A stretch of DNA of 64,000 bases from Octopus sinensis (taxonomy: Eukaryota), in the NCBI RefSeq assembly GCF_006345805.1, contig NC_043020.1:14384001-14448000 (forward strand), given 5' to 3'. Below, one piece after another: positions 62,448-64,000 of the stretch (position 1 is the first letter of the stretch; each line of letters opens with the position of its first letter). The notes beneath the pieces were generated by a model. It ran no database searches. It had not been told where the DNA came from and worked only from the letters and a program-made list of their open reading frames with translations. The translations under genes and the position numbers were made by a program.

Positions 62448-62805
62448 TGTGGTAAGTAGCTTGTTTACCAACCACATGGTTCCGGGTTCAGTCCCACTGC
62501 GTGGCACCTTGGGCAAGTGTATTCTACTTTGGGCCGACCAAAGCCTTGTGAGTGGATTTGGTAGACGGAAACTGAAAGAAGCCTGTCGTGTATATGTATA
62601 TATATATGTGTGTGTTTCTGTTAGTCCCCCTAGCATTGCTTGACAATCGATGCTGGTGTGTTTATGTCCCCGTCACTTAGTGGTTCGGCAAAAAGGACTG
62701 ATAGAATAAGTACTGGGCTTACAAAAAATAATACCCGGGTTCGGTTGCTCGATTAAAGGCGGTGCTCCAGCATGGCCACAGTCAAATGACTGAAACAAAT
62801 AAATA
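62448..62805 (+). mobile_element. SINE family A inserted in the piggyBac transposase remnant
   Basis: Splits the WQPTDTEEI and LPQLWNYWS segments of the transposase fossil. Confidence 0.75.
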
Positions 62806-63239
62806 AAAAAAATTTCCTCAGTATCAGTTGGTTGCCATAGTGGATCAGGTCTTCCACAAATAGAAATTATGCATTGAGCATATTTATTTGTTTCGTCTGT
62901 GACACTTTCAAAAAACATTTTGGTAAAAATAAAAATAAATAGTCCAATGGTTGAGCATTGAAAGGTAGGATGTGTTGTGGACTAGTCTTTTCTGTGAAAC
63001 TGAGAATTGTGGTTGTTGTAATAATCTTCAGCCATGTTGCCATAATGCTTTCAATATCATTTCCATCACTTTCATTATCGAAATCTTCCTCATCCAATGA
63101 AGATTCATAAATATCAATATCAGATTCATCCTAAGACTAATCACAGTTGTTTCCATTAATATTTTGTACTTTATCAAGAATAAAACCTTCAAAGTTGGAA
63201 TCGCTACTTGCTGACACAGTATTGTTAAAAACTAAGATA

Positions 63240-63752
63240 CTGTAAATCCTCGAGGATAATCCGCATTTTTTTTCCCAAAATTTGAAGGTCAAAATCCCTA
63301 GTGCGTACTATATACGAGGTTAAAGATGAAAAATATTTTCTAAGCAATGTCCAAGTCTCTATTTGCTGTCTGACAATGTTTATTCAGATGCATTTTGTGA
63401 TGTCAGGCGCGAAAATACCTTAAGCTAAACCTGAAAGCAATGAAGTCATAAAATAATCATCCATAACTTGCAGTAAGCAACATTTATTAAACATTATTAC
63501 TGTTATTTCTTTATTTTCTGCAAACAAAATGCACAAAAAAGCTACATGTTTGCATTATGTTATATATACAATAATAATAAAGGACGTTACCGTATACATT
63601 TTTACAAACCAAGGACGTTATAATAACCTCTTTGACTCAAGTTAGAGAAGGGGTGCGTATTATACACAAGGTTTAGGTTTTTCAGAGGTACAGCCCCCTA
63701 AAAATAACCTGCGTATTATACTCAAGGGCGGACTATACTCGAGGATTTAAGG
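63240..63752. mobile_element. Tc1/mariner-pogo-type MITE (TA TSD), nested in the piggyBac element
   Basis: TIR CTGTAAATCCTCGAG / CTCGAGGATTTAAGG flanked by TA; inverted copy of 36157-36645. Confidence 0.75.
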
Positions 63753-64000
63753 TATACACTTCTCTTCAAATGTTGAAAAAAACCAAGTTGTATAAAAAAT
63801 TTCATTGAAGTAAGGCAGGAAAGGCTTTATCTTGCATTATCTCAAATCTACGAGAATTCAGTAACCTGATTTGTTTATATTTTTAGTGACTTTGTTGCGG
63901 AATCAGACACAGCTGGATTTGGCCGATTCAAACAAATAAAGGGGGATTATTTCCAGCCAGTTGTGGCTGGTCTGAACACTAATGGGTTAAGTAAGCCTGT

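Larger units (their letters stand above)
61371..63986 (-). mobile_element. Internally deleted, degenerate piggyBac-like DNA transposon with nested SINE and MITE
   Basis: TTAA at both ends (61367-70, 63987-90); TIR CCCTTTAGTGTTCAGA / TCTGAACACTAATGGG. Minus-strand transposase remnants: acidic N-terminus, QPLDYL..FESVTDETNKYAQ, WQPTDTEEI, LPQLWNYWSPDIRYGDSYFSGIMS, VNSYIVY...HLKF...SSRK, and a Cys-rich CVCCK...ETSYMCLFCK C-terminus. Confidence 0.8.

Noticed and set aside
63887-64000. Open frame after ttttag near the window end as a possible next FIRRM exon
   Set aside because: No resemblance to the expected FIRRM segment, and it overlaps the piggyBac terminal sequence.

Overview
AT-rich, repeat-dense metazoan DNA. 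The microsatellite load, SINE/MITE families and gene structure point to an octopod cephalopod, which is an inference from recall, not a database check. Two spliced + strand genes can be built by hand. (1) A complete 7-coding-exon CDK1 (23736-35577, 300 aa; 304 aa from an upstream in-frame ATG), with a probable non-coding first exon and CCAAT/CHR-like promoter near 18.3-18.5 kb. (2) The first 8 coding exons of a FIRRM/C1orf112 (FLIP) orthologue (46919-61278, running off the window), whose first coding intron is a U12-type minor-spliceosome intron. The rest is a mosaic of tRNA-headed SINEs, LINE 3' fragments (RTE, CR1-like, L1/Tx1-like), mariner and piggyBac fossils, hAT-like and TTAA MITEs, Helitron-type elements, foldback palindromes and a 17 x 74 bp minisatellite. 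The most unusual signal is a set of minimal type I hammerhead-ribozyme motifs in intronic repeats. One sits in sense orientation about 120 nt upstream of a FIRRM 3' splice site, inside a head-to-head pair of tRNA-headed SINE-like elements. Nearly all ORF-track entries are spurious, coming from microsatellites or repeats.
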